Below, one piece after another: positions 63,968 to 64,000 of a DNA stretch of 64,000 bases. The position numbers were made by a program, and so were the translations under genes. The stretch covers positions 23,740 to 87,739 of the forward strand of contig CAZCYO010000003.1 in assembly GCA_964503265.1 (NCBI GenBank), given 5' to 3'. The stretch is from an uncultured Gammaproteobacteria bacterium. GTDB lineage: Bacteria > Patescibacteriota > Microgenomatia > Levybacterales > UBA12049. How positions within the stretch are numbered: position 1 is the stretch's first letter; each line of letters opens with the position of its first letter. The notes under the pieces are model-generated. The model was not told the origin of the DNA. It ran no database searches and worked only from the letters and a program-made list of their open reading frames with translations.

Positions 63968-64000
63968 GAACTGACTTCAATGTCAGTCTAAACGACTCGA

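Noticed and set aside
1-64000. CRISPR arrays and cas genes
   Set aside because: I found no regularly spaced direct repeats of 25-40 bp and no Cas-like proteins. The only periodic repeats are the 8-9-mer iteron-like array at 13740-13935, which is far too short and irregular for CRISPR.
1-64000. rRNA genes
   Set aside because: No long GC-balanced non-coding stretch with rRNA hallmarks. Every non-coding region longer than 300 bp was read and explained as a leader, tmRNA or repeat.

Overview
This is a 64-kb, low-GC (~40%), gene-dense bacterial window. It looks like a streamlined Patescibacteria/CPR-type genome: two tandem class A PBPs, class II RNR, FtsB/DivIC, ComFC, ComM, several GT-C/TPR membrane proteins, and many small genes. 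I found no rRNA and no CRISPR array.

Housekeeping blocks I can support from the sequence:
- Pentose phosphate genes: PfkB kinase, rpiB, rpe.
- gap and gmk.
- nrdR, nrdJ and a PduO-type adenosyltransferase.
- A purine-interconversion cluster: guaB-like, add-like, purA, guaA.
- dnaG and rpoD.
- xerC/D-type recombinase, ftsB, a P-type ATPase.

RNA genes and the regions I consider most interesting:
- A tmRNA (ssrA) on the minus strand at about 11541-11970, directly downstream of smpB. I recognised it by eye from its conserved features.
- Seven tRNAs: four tRNA-Ser isoacceptors (TGA, CGA, GGA, GCT) in the first 7.5 kb, tRNA-Arg(GCG), tRNA-Ile(UAU) and tRNA-Asn(GUU).
- Two cobalamin-riboswitch-like elements, each ending in an intrinsic terminator (about 32625-32800 and 33415-33550), flanking the pduO-type gene. 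The second one gates an operon of unknown function: a 460-aa Zn-ribbon protein, a Pro/Gln-rich protein, and a membrane VirB4/VirD4-like FtsK-HerA ATPase.
- The Ser-tRNA region has the look of repeated integration. tRNA-derived pseudo-repeats sit upstream of the Ser tRNAs. A duplicated tRNA-Ser 3' fragment sits 670 bp from tRNA-Ser(GCT) with an HTH/LAGLIDADG-like gene in between. A 3-gene islet between two Ser tRNAs encodes a 712-aa coiled-coil protein with a glycine-zipper tail.
- Two GC-rich (apparently foreign) minus-strand cassettes flank the GIY-YIG/ssrA/smpB locus (about 9780-11050 and 12680-13630). They share a conserved upstream module (inverted-repeat operator, TTTGCGGAAAT and TTTTGCAC-TTTACA motifs, strong SD) and GC-rich hairpin terminators.
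- A dense cluster of CATCTGGTG/CACCAGATG iteron-like repeats at about 13740-13935.

Most CDS functions come from recognisable motifs in the supplied translations. Nothing was checked against databases.
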